Source: Shigella phage ESh12. From it: a stretch of DNA of 39,704 nt. A model generated the notes under the pieces. The model made no database searches. It was not told where the DNA came from and saw nothing but the letters and a program-made list of their open reading frames with translations. Both the position numbers and the translations under genes were made by a program. Where the stretch lies: sequence record ON528724; one strand, given 5' to 3'. The first letter of the stretch is position 1. Every line of letters begins with the position of its first letter. Shown here one piece after another: positions 9,917 to 20,317 of this stretch.

Positions 9917-10507
9917 ATGCGCTCTTATGAGATGAACATTGAGACCGCAGAAGAGCTATCAGCCGTCAACGACATTCTGGCTTCCATCGGTGAGCCACCA
10001 GTATCGACCCTTGAGGGTGATGCAAACGCTGATGTTGCGAATGCTCGACGTGTACTCAACAAGATTAACCGACAGATTCAGTCACGAGGATGGACATTCA
10101 ATATTGAGGAAGGTGTGACTCTTCTACCGGATGCGTTCTCTGGTATGATTCCATTTAGCTCTGACTATCTGTCCGTAATGGCAACCAGCGGTCAGACCCA
10201 ATATATCAACCGTGGTGGCTATCTCTATGACCGCTCTGCGAAGACCGACAGATTCCCTTCTGGTGTTCAGGTCAACCTTATTCGTCTGAGAGAGTTCGAT
10301 GAGATGCCTGAGTGCTTCCGAAACTATATCGTTACCAAGGCTTCCCGCCAGTTTAACAACCGCTTCTTCGGTGCGCCGGAGGTAGACGGAGTGTTGCAGG
10401 AAGAGGAACAGGAAGCGTGGCGTGCGTGCTTCGAGTACGAACTAGACTACGGCAACTACAACATGCTGGACGGTGACGCATTCACCTCTGGTCTACTTAA
10501 CCGCTAA
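9917..10507 (+). CDS. 11: Tail tubular protein A gp11
   Basis: 196 aa, same length as T7 gp11 (from memory), syntenic. Confidence 0.9.
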   Translation: MRSYEMNIETAEELSAVNDILASIGEPPVSTLEGDANADVANARRVLNKINRQIQSRGWTFNIEEGVTLLPDAFSGMIPFSSDYLSVMATSGQTQYINRGGYLYDRSAKTDRFPSGVQVNLIRLREFDEMPECFRNYIVTKASRQFNNRFFGAPEVDGVLQEEEQEAWRACFEYELDYGNYNMLDGDAFTSGLLNR

Positions 10508-10522
10508 TCATAAGGAGGCTCT

Positions 10523-12928
10523 ATGGCTCTCATTAGTCAATCAATCAAGAACCTCAAGGGTGGTATAAGTCAACAGCCAGATATTCTCAGGTTCGCTGAA
10601 CAAGGTAGCGTACAGATTAATGGTTGGTCTTCTGAGTCAGAGGGTCTCCAGAAGCGCCCACCGATGATTCACCTTAAGACCCTTGGCCCTGCTGGGTATG
10701 TGGGTGCGCAACCTTACGTGCATCTTATCAACCGTGATGAGTTCGAGCAGTATTTCGTTGTGTTCACTGGTGAAGACATTAAGGTGTTCGACCTCGACGG
10801 TAAGGAGTATCAAGTCCGTGGAGACCGCGCATATGTTCGTACAGCTAACCCACGAGAAGACCTTCGGATGGTAACTGTGGCTGATTATACCTTTGTGACT
10901 AACCGCAAGGTGGTCGTGCAGAGTAACGACCAATCGGTCAACCTTCCGGGCTTTAAAGACCAAGGCGATGCACTGATTAATGTTCGTGGTGGGCAATATG
11001 GGCGTAGACTCTCAATCGAGTTCAACGGTGCTGAGCGTGCTGCTGTTCAACTACCAGACGGCTCACAACCAGCACACGTAAATGAGGTTGACGGTCAGGC
11101 CATCGCTGAGAAGCTGGCGGCTCAGTTGCGAAATAACCTAGGGAACCCGAGCAACGCACAAGACCCGAATAAGTGGCGCTTCAACGTTGGCCCCGGATTC
11201 ATCCATATCCTTGCGCCAAATAACGATAACGTTTGGGGACTACAGACTAAGGATGGTTACGCAGACCAGCTAATCAACCCTGTAACCCATTACACTCAGT
11301 CGTTCCAGAAGTTGCCTATTAACGCTCCAGATGGGTACATTGTGAAGATTGTAGGTGACACCTCCAAGACTGCCGACCAGTATTACGTTAGGTTCGACCT
11401 CAACCGTAAGGTATGGGTAGAAACAATTGGCTGGAACACAAGGACTCACCTACATTACCACACGATGCCTTGGGCGCTGGTACGTGCTTCTGACGGGAAC
11501 TTTGACTTCAAGTACCTTGAGTGGGGTGCTCGTACTGTGGGCGATGATACAACCAACCCATACCCATCGTTTACCGGACAGACAATCAACGATATTTTCT
11601 TCTTCCGTAACCGTTTGGGGTTCCTTAGTGGGGAGAACATCATCTTGTCTCGCACCTCGAAATACTTCAACTTCTTCCCGGCATCCGTGTCAAACTACTC
11701 CGACGATGACCCAATCGACGTTGCCGTTAGTCACAACCGGGTGTCAACCTTGAAGTATGCCGTTCCGTTCTCCGAAGAGTTACTCCTATGGTCTGACCAA
11801 GCGCAGTTCGTTCTGACAGCCTCTGGTATCCTTTCGAGTCGCTCCGTAGAGTTGAACCTTACGACTCAGTTCGACGTGCAAGATAGGGCACGCCCACATG
11901 GTGTAGGACGTAATGTATACTTTGCGTCACCTCGCGCTTCCTTCACATCCATTAACCGATACTATGCGGTACAGGATGTAAGCTCTGTGAAGAACGCAGA
12001 GGACATGACGGCTCACGTTCCGAACTACATACCGAATGGAGTATTCAGTATATCGGGGACAACCGCTGAGAACTTCGCGGCTATCCTTACGAGCGGGGCA
12101 CCTAACCGAGTGTATATCTACAAGTTCCTCTACATTGACGAGGAAATCAGGCAGCAGTCGTGGTCTCATTGGGACTTTGGGGACAACGTTACGGTGTTCG
12201 CAGCACAGGTCATAAACTCAACAATGACAGTATTGATGAGCAATGAACATGCTGTGTGGATGGGACGCTTACACTTCACGAAGAACTCCATAGACCTTCC
12301 GGGAGAGCCTTACAGATTATACATCGACGCTAAGAGGAAATACACCATCCCTGCCGGGACGTATAATGATGATACCTACCAGACGTCCATAAGCCTCGCA
12401 GCGATTTATGGGATGAACTTCACAAAGGGTAAGGTTTCGGTGGTCTTTCCTGATGGGAAGATTGTAGAGGTAGACCAGCCAATCAACGGTTGGAGCAGTG
12501 ACCCGGTGTTACGACTTGATGGGAACCAAGAGGGCCAAGTGGTTTACATTGGGTTCAACATCCCGTTCACTTATACGTTCTCGAAGTTCCTCATCAAGAA
12601 GACCGCTGAGGACGGCTCGACGGCTACCGAGGATATTGGTCGCTTACAGCTTCGGCGTGCGTGGGTAAACTATGAGGACTCTGGAGCGTTCACCATCCGT
12701 GTGAACAACCTGTCCCGTGAGTTCATCTACACAATGGCGGGTGCACGATTGGGGTCTGACAACCTCCGCGTTGGAGGCTCAAACATTGGTACAGGGCAAT
12801 ACCGCTTCCCGGTTGTTGGAAACGCTCAGACGAACATAGTAACTATCGAGTCAGACGCATCAACCCCATTGAACATCATTGGGTGCGGCTGGGAGGGGAA
12901 CTACCTTCGTCGTTCTTCTGGCATTTAA
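10523..12928 (+). CDS. 12: Tail tubular protein B gp12
   Basis: 801 aa, RBS TAAGGAGG, syntenic with T7 gp12. Confidence 0.9.
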   Translation: MALISQSIKNLKGGISQQPDILRFAEQGSVQINGWSSESEGLQKRPPMIHLKTLGPAGYVGAQPYVHLINRDEFEQYFVVFTGEDIKVFDLDGKEYQVRGDRAYVRTANPREDLRMVTVADYTFVTNRKVVVQSNDQSVNLPGFKDQGDALINVRGGQYGRRLSIEFNGAERAAVQLPDGSQPAHVNEVDGQAIAEKLAAQLRNNLGNPSNAQDPNKWRFNVGPGFIHILAPNNDNVWGLQTKDGYADQLINPVTHYTQSFQKLPINAPDGYIVKIVGDTSKTADQYYVRFDLNRKVWVETIGWNTRTHLHYHTMPWALVRASDGNFDFKYLEWGARTVGDDTTNPYPSFTGQTINDIFFFRNRLGFLSGENIILSRTSKYFNFFPASVSNYSDDDPIDVAVSHNRVSTLKYAVPFSEELLLWSDQAQFVLTASGILSSRSVELNLTTQFDVQDRARPHGVGRNVYFASPRASFTSINRYYAVQDVSSVKNAEDMTAHVPNYIPNGVFSISGTTAENFAAILTSGAPNRVYIYKFLYIDEEIRQQSWSHWDFGDNVTVFAAQVINSTMTVLMSNEHAVWMGRLHFTKNSIDLPGEPYRLYIDAKRKYTIPAGTYNDDTYQTSISLAAIYGMNFTKGKVSVVFPDGKIVEVDQPINGWSSDPVLRLDGNQEGQVVYIGFNIPFTYTFSKFLIKKTAEDGSTATEDIGRLQLRRAWVNYEDSGAFTIRVNNLSREFIYTMAGARLGSDNLRVGGSNIGTGQYRFPVVGNAQTNIVTIESDASTPLNIIGCGWEGNYLRRSSGI

Positions 12929-12948
12929 CTTAAAGTCTCCCTGTGGTG

Positions 12949-12971
12949 AATTAACCCTCACTAAAGGGAGA
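12949..12971 (+). promoter_or_regulatory. T3-type phage RNAP promoter (phi13)
   Basis: Exact consensus AATTAACCCTCACTAAAGGGAGA. Confidence 0.9.
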
Positions 12972-13000
12972 CACTAATAGATACGAGGGGTTAAAGCATT

Positions 13001-13411
13001 ATGTATATTACAAAGTGTTTACAAATCCATGCCGACAACTTTCAGCCGTCCAGAGAGGACATTCTGGAAGCTGAGGCACTAGGTGTTGAACCAAAGGTAA
13101 TTCCTGATGAGAACACTGTGGCAATGCTCAGCAATAACGCTGTGTTGGCAATCGGTGGCAATCAGGGAGACCGAGTGTGGTTCCTTACCTCTAAGTACGT
13201 CCCACTGTTTAACTTAAAGGAACGCTTAGAGTTTCGTAGACTTATCATTGAATATCGTGATATGATGCTAAGCCAGTACGAGTCCATTTGGAACTTCGTT
13301 TGGGTAGGTAATAAGTCACACATTCGTTTCCTAAAGACCATAGGTGCGGTATTCCATAATGAGTTTATCGCTGATGGTCAATTCCAATTATTCACTATCA
13401 GTAGGAGGTAA
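13001..13411 (+). CDS. 13: gp13 virion assembly protein
   Basis: 136 aa, syntenic. Confidence 0.75.
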   Translation: MYITKCLQIHADNFQPSREDILEAEALGVEPKVIPDENTVAMLSNNAVLAIGGNQGDRVWFLTSKYVPLFNLKERLEFRRLIIEYRDMMLSQYESIWNFVWVGNKSHIRFLKTIGAVFHNEFIADGQFQLFTISRR

Positions 13412-13413
13412 CT

Positions 13414-14007
13414 ATGTGCTGGATGGCAGCGATTCCTATTGCTATGGCTGGTGCCCAAGCTCTAAGTAGCCAGAACAGTGCTGACAAGGCGCGAGTGGCA
13501 CAGACCGAAGCTGGACGCCGACAGGCAATTGAGATGGTAAAAGAGATGAATATCCAAAATGCCAACGCCTCGCTGGAACAACGGGACGCCCTTGAAGCTG
13601 CATCCTCTGAGTTGACTTCACGTAACATGCGGAAGGTACAGGCTATGGGAACAATCCGTGCAGCTATCGGCGAGAGTATGCTAGAAGGCGAATCCATGAA
13701 GCGCATAAAGCGTATCGAAGAGGGCAACTACATTCGGGAGGCTAATAGTGTCACCGAGAATTACCGCCGAGACTACGCGAGTATCTTTGCGCAACAGTTG
13801 GGACGCACTCAGTCAACAGCAAGTCAAGTCGATGCAATGTACAAGAGCGAGGCCAAGGGTAAGTCTGGTCTGATGCGTGTACTAGACCCTCTGTCCATTA
13901 TGGGTCAGGAAGCTGCAAGTCAATATGCGGCTGGTGGATTTGACAAGAAAGGTGGAAACCAAGCAGCACCTATCAGTGCCGCCAAAGGAACCAAGACCGG
14001 GAGGTAA
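13414..14007 (+). CDS. 14: Internal virion protein A gp14
   Basis: 197 aa, RBS AGGAGG, syntenic. Confidence 0.85.
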   Translation: MCWMAAIPIAMAGAQALSSQNSADKARVAQTEAGRRQAIEMVKEMNIQNANASLEQRDALEAASSELTSRNMRKVQAMGTIRAAIGESMLEGESMKRIKRIEEGNYIREANSVTENYRRDYASIFAQQLGRTQSTASQVDAMYKSEAKGKSGLMRVLDPLSIMGQEAASQYAAGGFDKKGGNQAAPISAAKGTKTGR

Positions 14008-14009
14008 TA

Positions 14010-16253
14010 ATGGCTAGTAAACTAAATAGTGTTTTAGGCAACATGGCGACTCCCGGTATGGAACGACTCCGGGGCGTCAAAGGTATGGACTACCGGGCAG
14101 CAACCATTCAGGCTGAACAACCAAGAGCGAGTCTTCTGGACTCCATTGGTCGATTCGCTAAGGCTGGTGCCGATATGTACATGGCTAAAGATGAACGCGA
14201 TAAGCAACGAGCCGATGAGCGCTCCAACGAGATTATCCGTAAGCTGACCCCTGAGCAGCGCCGACAGGCTATCCAGAATGGTACACTGCTGTATCAGGAT
14301 GACCCATACGCAATGCAAGCCTTGAAGTTCAAGACCGGGCGTAACGCTGCGTTCCTCGTTGACGATGAGGTTCAACAGGCCATCAAAGAGGGTCGCTTCC
14401 GTACTCGTGAAGAGATGGAGCAGTATCGTCACTCACGCCTACAGGAAAACTCGAAGTCGTTCGCTGAGCAGTTCGGCATCAATGAGATGGACGAGGAATA
14501 CCAGAAGGGTTTCAATGCGAATATCACCGAGCGTAACATTGCTCTGTATGGCGCACATGATACCTTCCTGAGCGACCAAGCGCAGAAGGGTGCAATCCTG
14601 AACTCGAAGGTTGAACTCAATGGTGTCCTGTCTGACCCTGACCTACTGTCTCGTCCTGAGTCCGGTGAGTTCTTCCAGAACTACATTGACAACTCCTTGG
14701 TTACAGGGATGACCGACAATCAGGCTCAACAGGTTATCTCTTCGTCCCTGAATGACGTGCTACAGCGTCCGGGTGGTGCCGCCTTCTTGCAGAACATTGA
14801 GAACCGCAAGGTAACTCTAAATGGCGCTACGACTACCTATCGTGAACTGATGGGTGATGAGCAGTGGCAGGCAATGATGATTAAGGCACAGCACACTCAA
14901 TTCCAGAACAACGCAAAGTTAACCGAGAAGTTCCGATTGGACATTAATTCTGCGATTAACCAAGCGGACACTGGTAAAGGCTGGGAGATGCTTCAAGGTA
15001 TCAAGGCCGAACTCGATAAGATTCAGCCGGGTGAAGAGATGACTCCTGAGCGTGAGTGGTTGATTTCCGCACAGGAACAGATGCGCACACGCTTCAAGCA
15101 TGAACAGGCTGAGACAGCCAAGCTGATGGACAAGCAACAGAAGACCCTGAATAAATCTTTGGTCATCGACAAGCAGTTCCAGAAGCGCCTCAACGGTGAG
15201 TACGTCTCGACCGACTATAAGGACATGCCGACAAACGAGAACACTGGTGAGTTTACCCATAGCGATATGGTCAACTATGCGAACCAAAAGTTGGCGCAGA
15301 TTGACGCTATGGACCTTCCAGAGGCGCAGAAGGACCGCATGAAGTTGCAGTACCTCCAAGCTGACTCTAAAGATGGTGCCTTCCGAACCGCTGTAGGGCA
15401 GATGGTGTCGGATGCTCGTGGCGAGTGGAGGGCGGCTGTCATCAATGGCGAGATGCCTGATAGCACACCAGCCCTTGACTCCCTACGCAAGATGCGCAAC
15501 ATTGACCCAGGATTGTTCGCAGCACTGTATCCCGACGATGCCGAGCTGTTTCACACAATGGACCAATTGGATCGACAGGGGATAAAGCCGCAAGCCCTCA
15601 TTAACGCCACCAAATCCCGCCAAGGGAAAACGCGTGAAATGCAGATTGAGGATGAGCGTGCGTTCAGTGAGCTGATGAACAACTCTGCGCAGCCCGAACT
15701 GAAATACCTTCCGTCTTCCATGCGTGAGTACGCTCAGATTATTTATGACTCTGAGAAGTACCTAACAGGAAACCCTAAGGATGCCATATCAGCGGTTAGT
15801 TCGTTCCTAAAGGACACTACCTATACATTCTCTTCTGATAATGTAGATGGTGGAACTTATGGAGTTATTCCTCGCAACATGATGCAGGTAACAGATGACC
15901 CTAAATCTTGGGAGCAAGGTAAGGATATCATTGAGCAAGCTGTTAAGAAGTACCAAGAGCAAAACCCTTGGGTGACTAACAAGCAACTTAAGGTTAGCCA
16001 ACAGGGTAACTTAATCAAAATCTATGATACCACTACCAACTTGGGCATAAGTTACGATAACACACTGCTACGCAAGATGTACAAGAACTACGCTGAGCAA
16101 CAGGCGGCAGCGGCTGAGAAGAAAGCCTTAGCGGAAGCCAATAAGCGAGCACCTATCGTCGCGGCAACCAAGGCCCGTAAAGAAGCAGCTAAGCGTGTCC
16201 AAGAGAAACGGAACAAGGTTCCTAAGTTTATCTATGGACGTAAAGAAGACTAA
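14010..16253 (+). CDS. 15: Internal virion protein C gp15
   Basis: 747 aa, same length as T7 gp15 (from memory). Confidence 0.9.
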   Translation: MASKLNSVLGNMATPGMERLRGVKGMDYRAATIQAEQPRASLLDSIGRFAKAGADMYMAKDERDKQRADERSNEIIRKLTPEQRRQAIQNGTLLYQDDPYAMQALKFKTGRNAAFLVDDEVQQAIKEGRFRTREEMEQYRHSRLQENSKSFAEQFGINEMDEEYQKGFNANITERNIALYGAHDTFLSDQAQKGAILNSKVELNGVLSDPDLLSRPESGEFFQNYIDNSLVTGMTDNQAQQVISSSLNDVLQRPGGAAFLQNIENRKVTLNGATTTYRELMGDEQWQAMMIKAQHTQFQNNAKLTEKFRLDINSAINQADTGKGWEMLQGIKAELDKIQPGEEMTPEREWLISAQEQMRTRFKHEQAETAKLMDKQQKTLNKSLVIDKQFQKRLNGEYVSTDYKDMPTNENTGEFTHSDMVNYANQKLAQIDAMDLPEAQKDRMKLQYLQADSKDGAFRTAVGQMVSDARGEWRAAVINGEMPDSTPALDSLRKMRNIDPGLFAALYPDDAELFHTMDQLDRQGIKPQALINATKSRQGKTREMQIEDERAFSELMNNSAQPELKYLPSSMREYAQIIYDSEKYLTGNPKDAISAVSSFLKDTTYTFSSDNVDGGTYGVIPRNMMQVTDDPKSWEQGKDIIEQAVKKYQEQNPWVTNKQLKVSQQGNLIKIYDTTTNLGISYDNTLLRKMYKNYAEQQAAAAEKKALAEANKRAPIVAATKARKEAAKRVQEKRNKVPKFIYGRKED

Positions 16254-16275
16254 TAGTAAACTATAAGGAGGCTCC

Positions 16276-19200
16276 ATGAGCTACGACAAGACGAAACCAT
16301 CCGAGTATGATGGGTTATTTCAGAAAGCGGCAGATGAACATGGGGTCTCCTATGACCTGCTTCGTAAATTAGCATTCAACGAATCTGGCTTCAATCCGAA
16401 AGCCAAAAGCCCTACCGGGCCGTTGGGTCTCATGCAGTTCACTAAAGGTACGGCAGCGGGGCTTGGACTCAAGGTGACAGGGGGAGATGACGATGAGAGA
16501 TTCAACCCTGAGTTGGCTGTGGACGCAGCCGCTCGTCACCTGAGCGACCTAGTTAGGAAATACGACGGGGATGAACTCAAAGCGGCCCTAGCGTACAACC
16601 AAGGGGAGGGGCGTAATGGCGCTCCGCAAATGCAGGCTTATGACCGAGGCGATTGGGCCTCTATCAGCGAGGAGGGTCGCAACTACATGCGTAAACTTCT
16701 CGATGTGGCTAACAGCCCGCGCAAGGGAGACTTGGAGGCGTTCGGTGGGATAACCCCAAAGGCTAAAGGGATTCCTGCTGAGGACGCCTTTGCTGGAATC
16801 GGTAAGGCCGGGAAGGTAGGAACTGAGCTTCCACAATCAACTGGCTTTAAGCTGGATGGTGTGGAACAACAGGAACCTGCCGTACCGTTCACTAAGGATT
16901 TCTACGATAAACATGGAACTACCGTTGAGGAATATGAAAACCGTTCAACATTCTTCGGGATAAAGGACACCACAAGTGCCGAGCTTCATAACTCGCTATT
17001 GGGTGTTGCCTTCAATGCTGCGCGTTTTGATGATAGTTTTGACATCTTCAAGGACGCTATTACCCCAACTCGCTGGAACAGCACTACGTGGACGCCTGAG
17101 CAATTAGAGCGTATCCGTAACGAGGTAAAAGACCCAAACTACATCAACGTTGTTACTGGTGGAGACCCAGAGAATTTGGATGACCTGATTAAGCTGGCTA
17201 ATGAGAATGCGGCTATGGCTGCGAAGACTCGAGGTGCTGGTGTGGGAGCACAATTGGTAGGTGGAATCGTTGGGGCTGGTGTTGACCCCTTGAGCTATGT
17301 GCCGCTTGTTGGTGTTGCTGGAAAGGGTCTCAAGGTGGTAAACAAGGCGTTCGTTGTTGGTGCCCAAAGTGCAGCCTTGGGCGCAGTTTCAGAAGCTGTT
17401 CGCACATCCGTTGCTGGTGGTGAGGCGCACTATCAAGATGCAATCCTTGGGGGTCTTATGTTTGGGGCCGGGATGAGCGCAATAGCTGATGGTGTGAGTG
17501 CAGCCTTGGGCCGTGTTCGCGCTGGTCAAGTTAGTAACGACTTCGACCGCATGGCTACTCGGCTGGAGGCGCGTGAGGCTGCCTTTCAAGCTGGTGGCGA
17601 GGACTTAACACGTATGCCAACAGATGGTCGCTCCTTTGATGGGGAACATGCTGGGGTGAACTATTCTCCACTTGAAACTGAGCCGGGTGCTGTGGTGTTA
17701 CCACAAGGTCAAATCTTGAGTGACACCAACCCGATTAACCCTCAGACCCTTCAGGAATTTGAGCAGGTTAACCCTGAGCGAGCGGCTCGTGGTATCTCTT
17801 TGGGTGGATTCGCTGAGATTAGCCTCAAGACCCTTCGGTCGGAGAATGAGACTGTGCGCTCCATTGCGAGTGACCTTGTTCGTTCTCCAACAGGGATGGA
17901 ATCAGGCTCTAACGGTAAGTTCGGTTCGACTGCTTCTGACATTAAGGAGCGACTCCATTCGCTCAACCAGCGCACCTACAATCTGCTTTATGATGCTGTG
18001 CGCATAGCAATGAAAGACCCTGAGTTCTCTACAGGTGGTGTGAAGATGAGCCGTAAGGAAGTACGTCAGGAAATCTATAAGCGTGCTGCCTTAGCGATTG
18101 AGAGACCAGAGCTACAATCGGGACTCACAAAGGGAGAACGTAAGGTGATGGATATCCTGAAACAACACTTCGACCTCAAGCGCGAACTCATGGAAAACCC
18201 TGCTATCTTCGGGAACGTAAAAGCTCGTAGCATATTCCCCGGCTCACGCCATAACGGAACCTACGTGCCTAATGTGTATGACCGCGCTATAAAGTTGTAC
18301 ATGGTGAGTCGCTACGGTAACGAGGGACTACAACGGGCAATTGCAGAGTCGTGGCTTACATCTTACCGCGCTCGTCCAGAAGTCAAGGCGAGAGTCGATG
18401 AGTACCTGATGGAGCTTAACGGTCTCAAGACGGTACAGGAAGTAACACCAGATATGGTTCAGAAGCACGCTATGGACAAGGCGTATGGTATATCGCACAC
18501 TGACCAATTCACTTCCTCCTCTATCATTGATGAAAACCTTGAGGGTCTGGTTGGCATCGAGAACAATAACTTCTTGGAGGCCCGTAACATGTTCGACAGC
18601 GACATGGCTGTGACTCTCCCGGATGGTAGCACGTTCTCTGTGAACGACCTGCGTAACTACGATATGGCTGACATTCTTCCTGCTTATGACCGTCGAGTTG
18701 ATGGTGACGTGGCGATCATGGGTGGTTCTGGTAAGACGACGAAGGAACTGAAAGATGAAATCATGGCGCTGGACAAGCAGTCTGAGGGTAACGGCTCACT
18801 GAAAGGTGAAGTCGAAGCACTCAAGGACACCGTGAAGATTCTGACTGGTCGTGCCCGCATGAACCCAGAGGGAGCTTTCGGTACGATTCTTCGCTCCATG
18901 ACTGACTTGGCTTTCTTCGCTAAGAACTTCTACATGCCGTTCCAGAACTTCACAGAGGTTGCTGCTATGTTGAGTAAAGGAAACACATCTGCGGTACTTC
19001 ATGGAATCCCACTGCTTAACGATTGGGTTAGCCGGAGGAAGCCTATGAGCGGCTCTGAGATTAAGGAGATTCACGGTATGGTGTTCGGGAAGGAACTAGA
19101 CCAGCTTATGCGTCCGGGGCGTGAAGACCATATACGTCGCCTTCGGGAGTCTACTGACACTAACACAGTGGTGGCTAATGTGGTTGGGACTATTCGCTTC

Positions 19201-20244
19201 GGCACTCAGGAATTGTCTGCGCGTTCACCTTGGACGATGCTGCTTAATGGAACCTCTAACTACATCATCGATGCTGCCAGACAGGGTGTACTGGGTGATG
19301 TGGCTGGGGCAGCGCTCGCTGGGAAAGGCTCTAAGTTCGGTAAAGCGAATTACCTTAAGTCTGCCTCTGTGTCACCTGAGCAGTGGAAGGGAATAAAGCA
19401 GTTGTTCCGTGACCACGCTACTCGTGATGCTGACGGTAAGTTTACAATCCGGGACAAGCAGGCTTTCGCTAATGACCCACGGACTATGGACTTATGGCGT
19501 CTGGCTGATAAGGTTGCTGATGAGACTATCCTTAGGCCGCATAAGGTTTCCTCACAGGACACCAAGGCTTACGGAGCGGCTGTCAAGATGGTGATGCAGT
19601 TTAAGAACTTCGTAATCAAGTCTCTTAACTCGCGCTTCGTTAGGTTGTTCTATGACGCAACTAAGAACAACAGGGCTATCGATTCTGCGCTGACTGCAAT
19701 CATCTCTATGGGTCTGGCTGGTGGTTACTATGTTGCTCAGGCGCACTTGAAGGCTTACAGCCTACAGGAGCACAAGCGTAAGGAGTACCTCAAGAATGCT
19801 CTTGACCCTAAAATGATTGCCCACGCGTCATTATCCAGAAGTTCACACCTTGGTTCCCCACTGTCTGTCTATGATATGATTGGTGGCTTGTTCGGTAATG
19901 ATACCTACCAGTACACCCGCTCAACGGTGTTACCAAAGGAAAAGACCGAACGTGACCGCAACAAGGCTTGGACTGGTAAGGAGGTTGCGGGTAACATAGT
20001 AGGGGCGATATCCAACCAAGTACCAGCTGTAGGACTAGTTGGGAACATTGGGTCTACCGCCATGAATGCCTCTACGCTGCTTAGCTCTGATGGTAAGCAG
20101 AGTGAGGTAGAGTTCCGTACTGGTGTGTTCAACTCCATGCGTGAGCTTGTCCCCAATGACCCGCTGACACAACAGTTGATTATGCACATCTTCGAAGAGC
20201 AGGGCATCAAGATTAAGGATGATGCAACACGCCCTCGCCAATAA
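16276..20244 (+). CDS. 16: Internal virion protein D gp16 with N-terminal lytic transglycosylase domain
   Basis: 1322 aa; N-terminus LAFNESGFNPKAKSPTGPLGLMQFTKGTA is a soluble lytic transglycosylase motif with catalytic Glu. Confidence 0.92.
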   Translation: MSYDKTKPSEYDGLFQKAADEHGVSYDLLRKLAFNESGFNPKAKSPTGPLGLMQFTKGTAAGLGLKVTGGDDDERFNPELAVDAAARHLSDLVRKYDGDELKAALAYNQGEGRNGAPQMQAYDRGDWASISEEGRNYMRKLLDVANSPRKGDLEAFGGITPKAKGIPAEDAFAGIGKAGKVGTELPQSTGFKLDGVEQQEPAVPFTKDFYDKHGTTVEEYENRSTFFGIKDTTSAELHNSLLGVAFNAARFDDSFDIFKDAITPTRWNSTTWTPEQLERIRNEVKDPNYINVVTGGDPENLDDLIKLANENAAMAAKTRGAGVGAQLVGGIVGAGVDPLSYVPLVGVAGKGLKVVNKAFVVGAQSAALGAVSEAVRTSVAGGEAHYQDAILGGLMFGAGMSAIADGVSAALGRVRAGQVSNDFDRMATRLEAREAAFQAGGEDLTRMPTDGRSFDGEHAGVNYSPLETEPGAVVLPQGQILSDTNPINPQTLQEFEQVNPERAARGISLGGFAEISLKTLRSENETVRSIASDLVRSPTGMESGSNGKFGSTASDIKERLHSLNQRTYNLLYDAVRIAMKDPEFSTGGVKMSRKEVRQEIYKRAALAIERPELQSGLTKGERKVMDILKQHFDLKRELMENPAIFGNVKARSIFPGSRHNGTYVPNVYDRAIKLYMVSRYGNEGLQRAIAESWLTSYRARPEVKARVDEYLMELNGLKTVQEVTPDMVQKHAMDKAYGISHTDQFTSSSIIDENLEGLVGIENNNFLEARNMFDSDMAVTLPDGSTFSVNDLRNYDMADILPAYDRRVDGDVAIMGGSGKTTKELKDEIMALDKQSEGNGSLKGEVEALKDTVKILTGRARMNPEGAFGTILRSMTDLAFFAKNFYMPFQNFTEVAAMLSKGNTSAVLHGIPLLNDWVSRRKPMSGSEIKEIHGMVFGKELDQLMRPGREDHIRRLRESTDTNTVVANVVGTIRFGTQELSARSPWTMLLNGTSNYIIDAARQGVLGDVAGAALAGKGSKFGKANYLKSASVSPEQWKGIKQLFRDHATRDADGKFTIRDKQAFANDPRTMDLWRLADKVADETILRPHKVSSQDTKAYGAAVKMVMQFKNFVIKSLNSRFVRLFYDATKNNRAIDSALTAIISMGLAGGYYVAQAHLKAYSLQEHKRKEYLKNALDPKMIAHASLSRSSHLGSPLSVYDMIGGLFGNDTYQYTRSTVLPKEKTERDRNKAWTGKEVAGNIVGAISNQVPAVGLVGNIGSTAMNASTLLSSDGKQSEVEFRTGVFNSMRELVPNDPLTQQLIMHIFEEQGIKIKDDATRPRQ

Positions 20245-20262
20245 ACCCTCACTAAAGGGAGA
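20240..20262 (+). promoter_or_regulatory. T3-type phage RNAP promoter (phi17)
   Basis: AATAAACCCTCACTAAAGGGAGA followed by inverted repeat in leader. Confidence 0.8.
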
Positions 20263-20317
20263 GAGAGGTCACATTCTGGCCTCTTCTCTCTTAATGCTAA
20301 TTTACAAAGGAGGTCAC

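Noticed and set aside
20219-20317. ORF-track start for the tail fiber 33 codons upstream of MATTIK, and likewise 29888 for the RNA polymerase
   Set aside because: The upstream starts run across a promoter or RNase III site and lack an RBS. ATG 20318 and ATG 29981 have strong RBS and match the homologous N-termini.
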